64,000 nt of DNA from Tubiluchus corallicola (GCA_030141605.1 JAQGDQ010000052.1:372001-436000); one strand, 5' to 3'; shown: positions 13,856-28,319, counted from the first letter of the stretch. The notes: generated by a model from the sequence alone, not told the origin. Numbers and translations are program-made.

Positions 13856-16129
13856 TACATTTTGCAGACGCAGCTAGTCCTTCTAATTTATTATAGATAC
13901 TTCTAATATATTATAGATACATGTACCCTTTTAAACGACTACTGCTATTGTGGTCAATATTATTATACAGAACAAAGAACTGTTATTGGTAGCTTAATCT
14001 ATTATGAATATTTATTGAATTTCAATTGTAATCCATAACGATACATAGCCGATTGCTAACATTAGTTGTAGGTAGTAACTAAACAAGAACTGAAGTCGTA
14101 TGTAAATTTAACTACTAATCAGATCGATTAGCTGTTCATTTATCTGTAACACCGCTAGCAATATTAACCAAGAACATTTTTGAAATTTAAAGCACACAAA
14201 AACACCCCTCGTGAGAACTGACAACGAAAAACAATTTTTGGTAGCAGTCACAACTCCTAAACACGTATACATGTTTTTATTGCTCGTGTTAGTAAACAGG
14301 CACACGGCATGCATGAAGCCATAATGTAACATTAAATGTGTATAGTATTTACAAAGCAATGTACAATCTTAAGTCTTTAAAACTAATATATTTTTTTATT
14401 TCCATAATATTATCGAGAAACTCGTGCAGTTAATGAGTTATAGCAAACGCATGTGAGGTCAAATCCCAGTTTAAGCAAAAACAAACCAAGTTCAGTTAAG
14501 CCTAAATCAATATATTTTTTCTACAGATCGGCCGAAGGGTGGTACAAAAGGTTGGCAGTTGAACATATTTTAGCAGAATTAAGAAATTCAATGACTATTC
14601 TAACCACAAAATGTTCCCATGCGGTCGAGGATAGTGGCATGTTTGTAAAATAGCATATATTAATCTTATTAGTAGTTTTAGCGATGTGAATACTCAATCT
14701 AACTTAAGCGTTTTCTTGAAAATTAAAAACTATATAAATCAATAACCTAGTTAATAATCGTTTTTCTGCCGTTTTTCGCACCAATTGGCCAACGCCGTAT
14801 AGAAAAAAACGTTTGTACGTTTGTTTGCAGAGAGTTTTATCCAATGTAATTTAGATGCATAGGTGCAAAAGCGCTTTATTATACAGTAGAAATTGTCACT
14901 ATTTACCCTTGCTGCGCTTCTGTTAGAGCAACATGTGACTGTGTTTTCATAAATATCTCTGCAGGAGCTTAATTCACCAAACGAAAACGTTTTCGCACAT
15001 AATTACATCAAATTTGCTACAGCATTCAAGTTAACAACCTGTAATATGCTATTCACACCTAAAGTATTTTTGACAAATATGGGCGTTTATAATTATTAAG
15101 TTTACAGAGCTATTATTGTTTGCTGTAGCATGTAAACACTTCGATAACTCGGTGCTAGAGGTGTGAGTTGAGAAGCTATTTTGGTTGCAAAGTGCTACAG
15201 CCTAGCCAGTAAAGGAGCAGAACAATATCCGTACCTGCCATTGCCTGTATTGACACACAAACGTTAGGTCAATCAAAATATTCAATTGTTTGCTATTGCT
15301 GCTGCATGATCTGCTAAGCAGCGGGATGCTGTTATGTTGAAGGATGCTGTTTTCTCACAGGCTTCGTATTTGGTTTCTGCGAATGCAAACACAGGCGTCC
15401 TGTACCTGTGATACGCTGATACGCTCGTAGGGTAGATTAGTCCCCAAGTTAACATGTTTCTACTAAATTGCTCTATAGGTGAAAAAATGTTTTCATTGGG
15501 TTTTAGAAGTAGGTACATTTTCTCGGGTTAAAACGTTGAAGGACTAACGTGAGTTTAGACACTAGTAAGTGAGAATTGCAACCACACAAGTTTAATTTTT
15601 TCCGTGTTGCTTCTTTGTATTACATGCAGACCACGTTGCCATAGGTTGGATGTACATTAAAGCCTTTTCTTTTTCCGAGTTTTACGACAAATTTTAAGTC
15701 AAAATTGGCACGAAACTATAGTGTTTAATTAAACTAATGTAGCTAGGTAATGTTAAAATGGCAATTAATTTTTATGCGTGTTAGACAGAGTTGTCAAGCG
15801 TCCGAATTTCGTGGGACTTTGCCGAAATTCGGAATCAGATACCGTGTCTAGCAAGTTCTGGAAGTTCATATATTAATATTAAAGTTAATGTGAAGGAACA
15901 TATACACCTTAAGTAAGCGTATAAAAGATTCTCTATAAACATGAAGTTATTATTATTGTTGGCCAAAAATAACTATAAAAGTGAGTAAGACAGATGAGAA
16001 ATTTACGACTTGTGAGAAAATGTGGCTTTTGTCAATTGTGGTTTAAGTCGTAAAAAAACTTCATAATAAATTGAAAATTGTTCCCAGAACACAGTGCACA
16101 TTTACGCAACCCTCACCAAACCGAACTGC

Positions 16130-16362
16130 GAAGGTAAGAGAAAGAATTATAGAAACAGAGATAAAAATGGGAATTGAAAGAACGAAAAACAAGGTGAGAG
16201 GAAGAGAGAGGAGAGAAACTCAGGGAGAAAGAGTCGGGGGAGAGGAGAAAAAGAGAAATGAGAGTGAAGGAGAGAAAGAAAGAGTGAAAGAAACGAGAAT
16301 GGACGAGAGAAAAACAGAGAAAAAGTGAGTGAAAGAGAGAAATAATAGGCAGAAAGAGAAGA
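16130..16362. repeat. Purine-rich (GA) low-complexity tract
   Basis: Degenerate GA/GAA repeats. Confidence 0.8.
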
Positions 16363-18165
16363 CACTATCCTGACATATTCGTATGCCAGATACTTAATGC
16401 CAGAGAGTGAAGTACGGACTCAGCACTCAGCAATACAGTTTAATCCCTGCCGACTGCAAAAGCTTGTGGCTGTTGGAAAATTCAGAATTTACCTTTTCAA
16501 ATCATGAACAACTCATTATTTTACCACTCAACATTCAAAAGCATGCCATTAAGCATATAGTTAATACTATTACAGTACCAGGCTTAACGATTTGAGTGAC
16601 CAAACTAATGCTGAATCAATGCCCATTTTTAAGTAATCGTAGTGCATCTTGCTTAATAACTTGATAACTCTAAGGAATTGCATATTGTATTTTACCGCAT
16701 TAGCGAAGGTATGTTATGAGGTAAGTTATCTTGAAATGACATTGTTCTATCAGTGTTTGCTCTACTTCCGTTTTTTTGTAACGGAAAGTAGATTGAGCTA
16801 AATCTCTATAAGCTACAGTTCGGGTAAGTTAGCTAAGCGACATTGTGGATGATGGATCTGTCGGATTATAAATATATTGCCGTCACACTACATGTAAATA
16901 AGTTATTTTCGGCAAATGTAACAGCATTTGAGGAAATTATATTGTTATTGTTTCGCTTTTAGGGGTAAATCTGGGCCTGATCAAACCTGTTTTTGGACGG
17001 TTTCAGACCAGGGCTATCTACGTCATTGAGAACGAATGTGTGAAAAATCGGAACATACTTAAAACATTTCAGTAACACACCTCAAACATATATCCTTGGT
17101 AACTAACTAGATTCCGATTCTGCCATAACCATGAATGTAATAAGTAAACTTTGCCGCTAGATATAAACTGTTTTCGTCTGTGCCAAAATGTATATACGTT
17201 TATACATATATAAACAACCACACAGCAGCAAAAAATTTTTATTTATTAAATTCTGGTACATTTATTGCTGCTGTACGAAAGGTTTAAAGGACAAGAAAAG
17301 GGTACCTGAAGTAGGTTTCAGAAAAATCGCTTTAAAAAATTTTATTAGCTTTTTGGTTACCTGTTGGAATGACTTGTGTAAGTAGAAAAGAAAATTTTTA
17401 GTTATTTAAAATGTTTTCACCAATTGGTAAACTGTCGCTAACTCACCATCCAGGGCGCACCACTCACTAACCAAAAACGTATTTTTAATCTTATTGACAA
17501 GATGCAGTAATTTAAAATTTTACTCAGTTAGGGTTTAGCGACGTGTGCGCTACGAATGCTTTGATTATTTTTTCAAAGTTTACACAATGTTATCTAAATT
17601 TGTTTCAAATAACATGTCGCCAAATGGCTCCGTTTAACGGTCATCGCGGGAGTTTAAATTTACATGTTTTATACAGCGTGACTGCCGATTGAAGTCCTGT
17701 ATGTAAAAAGGCAGTATGTAAGTGATAAAAAATTTCTAGACGAATTTTTTAAGCTTTATGTTTATGAAGGTGTTTCTTGTGCTTTAATACGCTAAAACTG
17801 AAGGGCTAAACAAAAAATCGTCAAAACATGGAAACCAGTCTCAGGTCGTGGCATTTGCATTTAAAAACGTTCGTTTGTAATATAAAAGCCTATTAATCAT
17901 GTAACGATGTGCATATACCCTGTGACTGTTACACTAGGTGCACCAGTATGGTTTATAGCTTCATTTCGTTTCATTAACTTATTCTGTCGGAAAAATGTAA
18001 ACAATTCTACGCTCCGGAAAGATGGTGAAGATAGTTTATAGTGAAAGATAAATATTCGCATCGAGGGTGGCTTCTAAGTTAAATAGATCAAAACGTTCCA
18101 CTGTCAGTTTTTTTAGGGTACAATGATTAAACTTTGGTGTGATATAAAGAACCAAGTATCAGGTC

Positions 18166-18577
18166 CACGGGTTACATTTTAGACAGAGGTTATTTGCACA
18201 CAAACAATTTTGGATACAGGCCATTTTTGGACACGTAAGTTATTTCGACAAATAAGCTATACAGACACGAGGATAGGCGGTTTGGACACATTATATTTGG
18301 GCACGTAACTTATGTACAAGCTAGTTTTGGTCCAAGGACATCTAGACACAAGATAATTTGAACACATGGATCATTTGGACACAAGGTCATTTTGACGCAT
18401 AGGACACAAAGTGATTTAGGTACACAGGTTATATGGACACATAGACATTATGTGTTTTTAACACGTTTTGCATGTACATTAATCTGCGTGTAAAAACTAC
18501 TTCGTGTCCAAATGACCTATGTGTACAAATATTTTGTGGCAAAGCATTTTGTATCCAAACATCTGTGTCGAACCCCA
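18166..18577. mobile_element. Foldback-type MITE built from ~16-17-bp subrepeats in inverted orientation
   Basis: About 15 degenerate tttggacac.... units (18177-18450) followed by inverted gtgtccaaa-type units (18500-18570); ends gggtt...aacccc. Confidence 0.6.
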
Positions 18578-21500
18578 GCACACCCAGGTCAATATATCCT
18601 GAAGACCAAGGAATACTAAATAACGGGGATAACGTGGATAATTGAGGGCTGAAATGGCATTAATAAGTTTACTTTTTGAAAAAGTATTTGTGCAAGATGA
18701 TGATTTCTTCGTTTTGGGGGTTGCCTCTGTTATTTTACGAAATTAGTTTTTACAGAATTTGAAAACTACAGCGAGTGTTTTGTTTTTGTTTCGTGTAAAC
18801 GCAGAATTTTGTTAAACACAGTGCATTACGTAACTGTCATTTCTTTACTAAAAAGTAAAAAAAATACTATGATGCTTTTCTGTACGATTTAGCACATTGC
18901 AAGACGAAATCCGACATTACTTGCAATGCAGCCTATTTTGAGAGTTCTTTTGACGCAAAAGAGAACATCGGTTCCTCCAAGGTACAGCTGTGTGCACATT
19001 GCAGAATTTAGCAAAAGAAGAGACGCAATAATCGAGTTCACGAGCAGTAAAATAGTTGTAAAACTGGGAGAAAAGCTACATAAAATGAAAAATGCAATGC
19101 TTTATGACACGGTAAACGAGGAAATAAAACACCTCTCACAGAGTTCAAATTTATGGGAAACAGTGATAAATTTAAAATCGCTGTTTGATTACATAACATA
19201 TACCCAAAAATATATGCATAACATATTAAAGAAATGTATATTTAACTATTGCACGTCCGTCCTGAAAATTTAGGTAACAGGCAAAAAAGTTTTAAAGTAA
19301 TTGGCATAACCTAATGTGGAATGGAACTCACAACCTCCCAAATGCATTACCAATAATTTCTGTCTATTCGGTATCATGCATCTTGGCGGCTTTTTCTTTT
19401 AGAAGAATTTAGTGCTAGACTTGCCAACGATTGATGGTTATAACCAGCGTTTTACAGTAAACCAACAGCTGCATCTAATTTTTACACTAATCATTTCACG
19501 GCTGCTACAACCAAAATAAGGCTGCATTCTGTCACTTGAAATGACTCGAGGCAGCGGTGAAATAGCTGTAATTTCTTTAGTTGCCCGCCTCACTTCTGTT
19601 GCCACTTTTTTGGCGGTAACTTTCAATGTATCTAATTCAGCTGCACGCATCATAGGTGCAGCTAATATTATACATCTTGGCACTAATTTTAATAGTGTGT
19701 TTTAAAAATCTTATGTTTACACATCTGATACGTTGCATGATAGGCGGGACAGTTTATTAGCGAAGTTTTTCATTTGCGTAAATACACATTTTAACAATTT
19801 CATTTAAGTCAAGTATACATATTCTAAAAGTCCGGATAAGAAAACACTTAAAATATCACTACTAAGTAACACGAGTGACAACAACATAGTCATTAGTAGC
19901 GGAAACTACACTAACAGAGTTGCAACGATGATAACAAATTATTGGGCAATGACGAATTGCACTTTTCTGTGCCTTCACTAATAACTATTTGGGTCCCCCA
20001 TTCTAATAACTGTATTAGATTTTGGCGATGGTCATGGTAACAATAAGAGTGACGACGAAGATTCATTACTTCTGTCAGCAAGAGTGATGCTGATAACGGC
20101 GGCGTCAAAAACGTGCTATTATATTGCACTGGCAGCTATAAAACAATGTGGCTAATAGTTGCCCAAGTTCCTCGCGTTATTGTAAAACAATAAATCAATT
20201 AAAGCAGCTGTTTGCCAGGACGTTGTGATACAAAGCTGAACGTCATTCGGTTTTTACATGCCTCCATATTTGTCAGTTTGCAAAAGTATTGCACGAACGC
20301 ACAAAAAAGAAATCACTTCAGTAACTGAAAAAATGCAAAATTTATTGATTCCAGCTTGCCTTTAAAAAATCTACAAGTGCATGCTAAAGAAGTAGAAGTG
20401 GGCTTTGGAACGTTTACAGGAATGCTACATATGCCTTATGACGTTTTTCAAGGCTGCAGACATAGCGAGCGCAATTTTATTAGGCACTATTAGGGTTCTG
20501 GGCTTACCATAAAATTAGTCGTTAAAAATAGCCGTTGAAATTATTTCATAGATTAACATTGCTGTATTGAAATGCGGAATATCTAGTTTTGTGCTCTGTG
20601 TTACAGTTCTTTTGTTGAAACATAAAAGAAATCATTTGATACTACCCCTAACGATGACTGCTAGAAATTAAACGCATCTAACGCCCGCGTGTATTTTTGT
20701 TACGCAATACTGTTTGCTTGTATTTGAAAATGTGAATAAACAGTTAATACTGTTTGCTTACAATAAACAAGCTTCTGTTTTTACTAAAGCGAGTAGCGAA
20801 TAAATGATTAGCCACTAGAGCATAAAAGCGCCCGGTGCAGAAAGATATTTTCAAACATTTCTTGCATTTTACTGATTTTACACATTAAAATAGTGCAGCT
20901 GTTTGCAGTATACGCCTTGGCATTTACGGAACTTGCTGGACCAAATACACCACAAATGAATAATATGAGATATTATTAATATGAGATACCAGTTTGCCAG
21001 TACAGCAGTCTTGTTGACACTAGTTTACTAGTTTTGGGGGCCTTACAGCAAACCATCACAAAATGTCCTATTTCCCAATATGAAATTAGATGTGCACTGT
21101 TCAAAAACTACAAAGTTTATGTGTAAACTATTTATTATTTTAGTATGACGTTTTTTCGCGTTGTTGTCGCGAAAATTTCTATGGTTATAATTATTTTATT
21201 CAGCTAACTGTATTTGGCCTGTCATTATACATAGTTATAAAAATCCCAAGCTACAGGCTAGTATAGACAACTCATATTTATGATTACCATTATTATGACA
21301 ATGCGCAAGCTATACTAATATTTGCTGAAAGCTAGGGAACTCGTGTTCCCCGACGTCAAAACGTACGTTCTTGTTAAATAACAATTTGCATAATAATTTT
21401 CCTGTTTCCTAGTACTCATCTTTGTCCAGCAATAATGAACCTGCTGCAAGAAATAAATTATAATAAAGCTGAGCCGATATAAACAAGAAGACAGAGAACT

Positions 21501-22360
21501 GTGCATATTTTATGTGGCAATCAACACAAGTGTTGTCGAATGCGTAAATTGCCGCTTTATAAAACATGGAAAATTTAATATAAAGAAAGAAACACACGAG
21601 AGAATTGATGTAAAATGTGCTAGTGCAGAAGAAAATGAAAGATTTTGTTTCAACCACAAACACGCAACAGTTAACGTGTGATCGAACTTGTTACACAATG
21701 GCGTAACAGGCAGATATCGACAAAAATAAGTGAAAAAATTATAAATAACTAGCTTAATCTCACATTCCTGAAAAAACCTTATTAGCTTTTTATAGGTATC
21801 CATTCTACAGGGTTATATGTACGTGGCAACTTACAGCAATTAGTTAGCACTATAACAGTGACGCAGTGACGAAATGAGCTAACCACTACTATATTTCTAT
21901 GAATTACTTTACCTATTTACAAAGCCGTTAAAAATTCACGATTTAAGATATTGAAAGCTGTTACACACAATCCACATGGATGCCAACATAGAAAAACAAA
22001 TATGGTAGGTAAACGTCAATAATCATTACGCCAAGTTCTGTCAATCAGTAACAAGACTCCCTGCATACTAGGCACATTAATAGCTATAAAAGTTATTTAG
22101 TTATATAGGTAAAATCCACCCACACTGAACCAGCAGCAAGGTGAAATCTGAAAATTTAGAACCACAAATATGGATTTCAAAAAACAAATAATCACCTTTT
22201 ATGGTACAGACTTAGTTTTCCAAAATTAAAGTAAATGCAAATTTTATTGCATGACAAACACAACTACCCACCGTTCTAGAGTTTTGAAATGTATCATTGC
22301 TGGCACTACATGATTTACATTTCTCTACTACATTGGTAAACATCTCATTTTGTTTTGTTT

Positions 22361-23170
22361 TTGAATTGAATTGAAGCTTTTATTGCAGAACTAAAGTTCC
22401 ATTTTACAACTTGTATGAATGAATAATAATATTATAATAATACACACATCACTACATCAAAGAAAATTATATAATAAAAATAAAGCAAAAAAGCCTATAT
22501 ACACATGTACAACAACAACAACAATAATACAGTAAATGTAATAGTCACTTCTACAAGAGCATACTAAATGGTTTACATGCGGGTGGTTACCATTCGGACT
22601 ATTCAGATGAATTTTATAAAATGCTCAGCCATGAGCCACCCGGCCCCAACATATTTGTGCTTTCTTAAGGATTTAATACTCTACAAAACTTCGTTATCAG
22701 ATATTTTAGGCATAGTTTCTAACTCTGTAAAACTATGATCATGATGGCTAGCGGGTCTTTCATAAGTGTTTAAAAGGCAGCTAAACCAGCTAAAATGATT
22801 TTTCGCAAATCATAAACATTACAAGAGAGTCTATCTTCTGTACAGTTTGTCTCAAGTCTTTAACTTGCCGATAGGATGTTAGTAGCGCGAAGATCATCAC
22901 TGATAGTGCCTTTTACAGATTTATGGTGGTGCTAAATCTTTGGAAGGCAATGGACACCAGACAGACAACTTTCAGCCACCACGCCATCACAGTGTCATAA
23001 CATGCACCGAATGGCTTCCACTTAACGAGGAGTTAAACGTTGGGAGATTTTTCATTCTTCTTTGAGCAGCTGCGCTTGACAGGCAAGTTTTAATGGCGGG
23101 CTTCTTTACGTCCAACTTACAGTTTTTGAGTGCAAGCTTATTCTTATTTAAATGCCGCCAAAGAGCCAAA
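22361..23170 (-). mobile_element. Internally deleted LINE remnant (RTE-X-like, tentative)
   Basis: Minus-strand translation EVL*SIKSLRKHKYVGAGWLMAEHF (22692-22615) resembles the pre-RT K..G.DG..AEH motif also seen at ~60430-60480. The minus-strand 3' end reads AATAAA followed by a (TTCAA)n tail at 22361-22386. Confidence 0.55.
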
Positions 23171-23867
23171 TCAGCGACACTTTTAAATTTTTATAATAAA
23201 ACTTAGCTTCATGAAGGCAGTGAGAAATAGGCATGATTTTAATGAAATTTAACTATGATAAGGTAGAAATTAATAAACCTTAAGGTTTGTGTTCATCAAC
23301 AGTTAACCTAGCGGTTAAGGAGTTGAAAAAAAGCAGATGCTGAAAAATTGTTTGGCATTCAGGGCCTCGAATTCAGGACTGCAATACCGTTCCATCCACG
23401 AGCAGACTTGAATTCTTATCCTCATAGCACACATCAAAATTTTAGCACCACCTGACCTCCTATGCTATTTAATATGTTAACCATTCGAACACAGATAATT
23501 AATTACGAAAATAAAAGTTGAATAGTCCTGCAGTTAAGTATAGATTCCTGTTTCCATTGCATAAAAACGTTCCAGAGCAACATCAATCATCAACTATGTA
23601 CAGAATCAGGTGACATTCTGACGTTGAGATTTAAAGAGAAAGGCACCCTGGATTTGAGAAAGAAATGAAAATCCTAACGCTGCAGGAAACCTAATAAATT
23701 AAATGTGTTTAATGACTTTTGAATAATCCGAGTAAAAAAGCTTTCCCTTGTTTGGTTAACATTGGGCTAACCGTTTAGACCAGGCCAAATATTCTTTACA
23801 GCAGTCATCTGCGCCTTCATACGTTTGAAACCTACAATAACCTTGGATCGATTCGCCACTGAGATTC

Positions 23868-24177
23868 GCCATCTAGCCTCTTACCAAAGATAAGCAATAC
23901 ATTGACGGAGATGTCCTAGCCACCTTCGGATGCATTAACATTGAAAAAAGCGTAAAATTCAATTGTGACGAAGCATGTTACAAAAGTTATAGGCATGATA
24001 TCAGGACTTTTGGCGCCTATTCTTGTTCGAATTAATGTTACCCCATAATGTTATAGACAGGTTACATAATTATGTTTATTTCATAAGCAGGTTCAGACCT
24101 GTAAGACAGGTTGATCTTTATAAACAGATTACTTTTACTGAATGGATTATTAATGTCAGAGTCTCACTCAGGTTCTG
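23868..24177. repeat. 310-bp older copy of an internal segment of the 1807-bp unit
   Basis: Matches 24837-25146 and 26644-26953, with 5 substitutions counted by eye. Confidence 0.93.
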
Positions 24178-24193
24178 AATTACACTGAATTAC

Positions 24194-27100
24194 AGCCAAA
24201 AAATTACACTTACATACTACTAAAGTGGGGCAATCAATTAAGGTGCGACCGGCTTCAGCGGGACCGTCGACAAGTAATGTTTCATGCAATTCTGTTTTTC
24301 TGAATTTTGCTAGCTTAAAAAATTACTTACAGATTCAAACCTGTGGCACAAAAAATAACTTTCGGAGTTCCACTAAAGTTGCCCCTGTAAGTCCTTAATA
24401 TATGCTTGTAGAATAGCTCATCACGTTTATTTGCTTCATAGTACAATGGCGTAAGGTGCAACTGTAAGAGCCTGTGCAAAAATTGAGTGCGCCAGGAATC
24501 TGTGAACTCTATTTGCAAAGTTTTAGCACTTTAGAATTGTCTGTGTTACCGTTCATTGTGTTTGTACCCCGTCGCAAAAGGTTATGTTCCACTCTTTATT
24601 ATTTAAAGTCATCAAAAATTCGAGTTGTTAACAGAAAAATAGCAAGCAATGCTTACTTTCACCTCAAAGGAGCAACCAACATGACCCGTAAGGCATTGCA
24701 CTACAGTCATTATCGAATCAATGCTGAAAAAAGGTAAACCATAAATATCGTCGTTGCAGCCTGCGAAATAGAATCTAATTGTCTTAGCGTTCTGTCACTT
24801 GACATCAGCGCCTATTAATGTAAATAGTTGTAGGAGGCCATCTAGCCTCTTATCAAAGATAAGCAATACATTAACGGAGATGTCCTAGCCACCTTCGGAT
24901 GCATTAACATTGAAAAAAGCGTAAAATTCAATTGTGACGAAGCATGGTACAAAAGTTATAGGCATGATATCAGGACTTTTGGCGCCTATTCTTGTTCGAA
25001 TTAATGTTACCGCATAATGTTATAGACAGGTTACATAATTATGTTTATTTCATAAGCAGGTTCAGACCTGTAAGACAGGTTGATCTTTATAAACAGATTA
25101 CTTTTACTGAATGGATTATTAATGTCAGTGTCTCACTCAGGTTCTGCGACTTTGGTATTACTCTGTAAACCTACTGTACCAACACTGTACAGCCATTTGA
25201 TGGCAGCACTACGTTGTAACACTTTGGAGCTGGCCATCCACTAAGGAAAAAAGCGAAAGCTACTATTATACTTTCCTCGTAATAATTAGCACGTGCATTA
25301 AGTCATTAGCAGTAATGAGCACTAACGCTTTTCCATCAGTGCACTATCCCACTTAATCATAATGATTAGTAATTTGGTTTTGAATTAAAACAAGCCAAGC
25401 GTGACTTCATAGTGTTTCTACAATTATTGGCTTGTCTCCTCTAGTAACCATCCAAGCATAATTAGCCTAATCATTTCACATGTATAAGATGATATCTCCA
25501 TATCTCCTGGGCTACAAGATTATACCATTGCAGGATGCCGCCTTAGGCGCTTTATGGCTACATTTACACTAAAGTGCAACACTAGAACGATCTATTGAGC
25601 TAGCAAACCTAGCATAAACGAATTATTGCATAACTTGGGTGTCATATTTAATGAAGCGTGAACAGTTGCAGCCTATATTTACAGTTATAAAAATATATCA
25701 GTGGTTTAGCTAGTTTATATTAAAAATAAACAGCTTTTTAAAGATGAAAATATGAGAATATCTTCTAAAATAGTTTATCAGTAGAAAATAAGTCTAAGAA
25801 TAATAAACTGGATGTTAGCTATTAATTAAAGCCATCACAGAAGTTTTACTAGTAAACAAACTATTACAATTAAAAGCTTAAACAATTGTGTAACACACAG
25901 CTATAACGTTTATAAACTACTGATAAAGGGTGCCTGACATTAGAAAATTGCAGTGTATTCACTAATATCGTTTTACTAACGGCATTTAAACGACATCCTA
26001 AGCCAAAAAATTACACTTACATACTACTAAAGTGGGGCAATCAATTAAGGTGCGACCGGCTTCAGCGGGACCGTCGACAAGTAATGTTTCATGCAATTCT
26101 GTTTTTCTGAATTTTGCTAGCTTAAAAAATTACTTACAGATTCAAACCTGTGGCACAAAAAATAACTTTCGGAGTTCCACTAAAGTTGCCCCTGTAAGTC
26201 CTTAATATATGCTTGTAGAATAGCTCATCACGTTTATTTGCTTCATAGTACAATGGCGTAAGGTGCAACTGTAAGAGCCTGTGCAAAAATTGAGTGCGCC
26301 AGGAATCTGTGAACTCTATTTGCAAAGTTTTAGCACTTTAGAATTGTCTGTGTTACCGTTCATTGTGTTTGTACCCCGTCGCAAAAGGTTATGTTCCACT
26401 CTTTATTATTTAAAGTCATCAAAAATTCGAGTTGTTAACAGAAAAATAGCAAGCAATGCTTACTTTCACCTCAAAGGAGCAACCAACATGACCCGTAAGG
26501 CATTGCACTACAGTCATTATCGAATCAATGCTGAAAAAAGGTAAACCATAAATATCGTCGTTGCAGCCTGCGAAATAGAATCTAATTGTCTTAGCGTTCT
26601 GTCACTTGACATCAGCGCCTATTAATGTAAATAGTTGTAGGAGGCCATCTAGCCTCTTATCAAAGATAAGCAATACATTAACGGAGATGTCCTAGCCACC
26701 TTCGGATGCATTAACATTGAAAAAAGCGTAAAATTCAATTGTGACGAAGCATGGTACAAAAGTTATAGGCATGATATCAGGACTTTTGGCGCCTATTCTT
26801 GTTCGAATTAATGTTACCGCATAATGTTATAGACAGGTTACATAATTATGTTTATTTCATAAGCAGGTTCAGACCTGTAAGACAGGTTGATCTTTATAAA
26901 CAGATTACTTTTACTGAATGGATTATTAATGTCAGTGTCTCACTCAGGTTCTGCGACTTTGGTATTACTCTGTAAACCTACTGTACCAACACTGTACAGC
27001 CATTTGATGGCAGCACTACGTTGTAACACTTTGGAGCTGGCCATCCACTAAGGAAAAAAGCGAAAGCTACTATTATACTTTCCTCGTAATAATTAGCACG

Positions 27101-28319
27101 TGCATTAAGTCATTAGCAGTAATGAGCACTAACGCTTTTCCATCAGTGCACTATCCCACTTAATCATAATGATTAGTAATTTGGTTTTGAATTAAAACAA
27201 GCCAAGCGTGACTTCATAGTGTTTCTACAATTATTGGCTTGTCTCCTCTAGTAACCATCCAAGCATAATTAGCCTAATCATTTCACATGTATAAGATGAT
27301 ATCTCCATATCTCCTGGGCTACAAGATTATACCATTGCAGGATGCCGCCTTAGGCGCTTTATGGCTACATTTACACTAAAGTGCAACACTAGAACGATCT
27401 ATTGAGCTAGCAAACGTAGCATAAACGAATTATTGCATAACTTGGGTGTCATATTTAATGAAGCGTGAACAGTTGCAGCCTATATTTACAGTTATAAAAA
27501 TATATCAGTGGTTTAGCTAGTTTATATTAAAAATAAACAGCTTTTTAAAGATGAAAATATGAGAATATCTTCTAAAATAGTTTATCAGTAGAAAATAAGT
27601 CTAAGAATAATAAACTGGATGTTAGCTATTAATTAAAGCCATCACAGAAGTTTTACTAGTAAACAAACTATTACAATTAAAAGCTTAAACAATTGTGTAA
27701 CACACAGCTATAACGTTTATAAACTACTGATAAAGGGTGCCTGACATTAGAAAATTGCAGTGTATTCACTAATATCGTTTTACTAACGGCATTTAAACGA
27801 CATCCTAAGCCAAAAAATTACACTTACATACTACTAAAGTGGGGCAATCAATTAAGGTGCGACCGGCTTCAGCGGGACCGTCGACAAGTAATGTTTCATG
27901 CAATTCTGTTTTTCTGAATTTTGCTAGCTTAAAAAATTACTTACAGATTCAAACCTGTGGCACAAAAAATAACTTTCGGAGTTCCACTAAAGTTGCCCCT
28001 GTAAGTCCTTAATATATGCTTGTAGAATAGCTCATCACGTTTATTTGCTTCATAGTACAATGGCGTAAGGTGCAACTGTAAGAGCCTGTGCAAAAATTGA
28101 GTGCGCCAGGAATCTGTGAACTCTATTTGCAAAGTTTTAGCACTTTAGAATTGTCTGTGTTACCGTTCATTGTGTTTGTACCCCGTCGCAAAAGGTTATG
28201 TTCCACTCTTTATTATTTAAAGTCATCAAAAATTCGAGTTGTTAACAGAAAGATAGCAAGCAATGCTTACTTTCACCTCAAAGGAGCAACCAACATGACC
28301 CGTAAGGCATTGCACTACA
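24194..28319. repeat. Tandem array, 1807-bp unit, ~2.3 near-identical copies
   Basis: Units start at 24194, 26001 and 27808; identical ORFs recur at 24327/26134/27941. I saw only 2 differences (25609 vs 27416, and 28252). Confidence 0.97.

Noticed and set aside
13881-13920. Short 11-20-bp direct duplications (also ~7150, ~20705, ~20960)
   Set aside because: Ordinary slippage products with no further structure.
19438-19683. Protein-like short ORFs (also 30785-31018, 31326-31547, 44151-44525)
   Set aside because: No recognisable domain or convincing splice boundaries; lengths are within chance expectation.
24194-28319. Tandem LTR/TRIM or DIRS/Ngaro split-repeat element (512-bp segment as LTR)
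   Set aside because: No TG start, PBS, PPT, TSD or coding remnants seen; simple tandem duplication plus deletion explains the layout.
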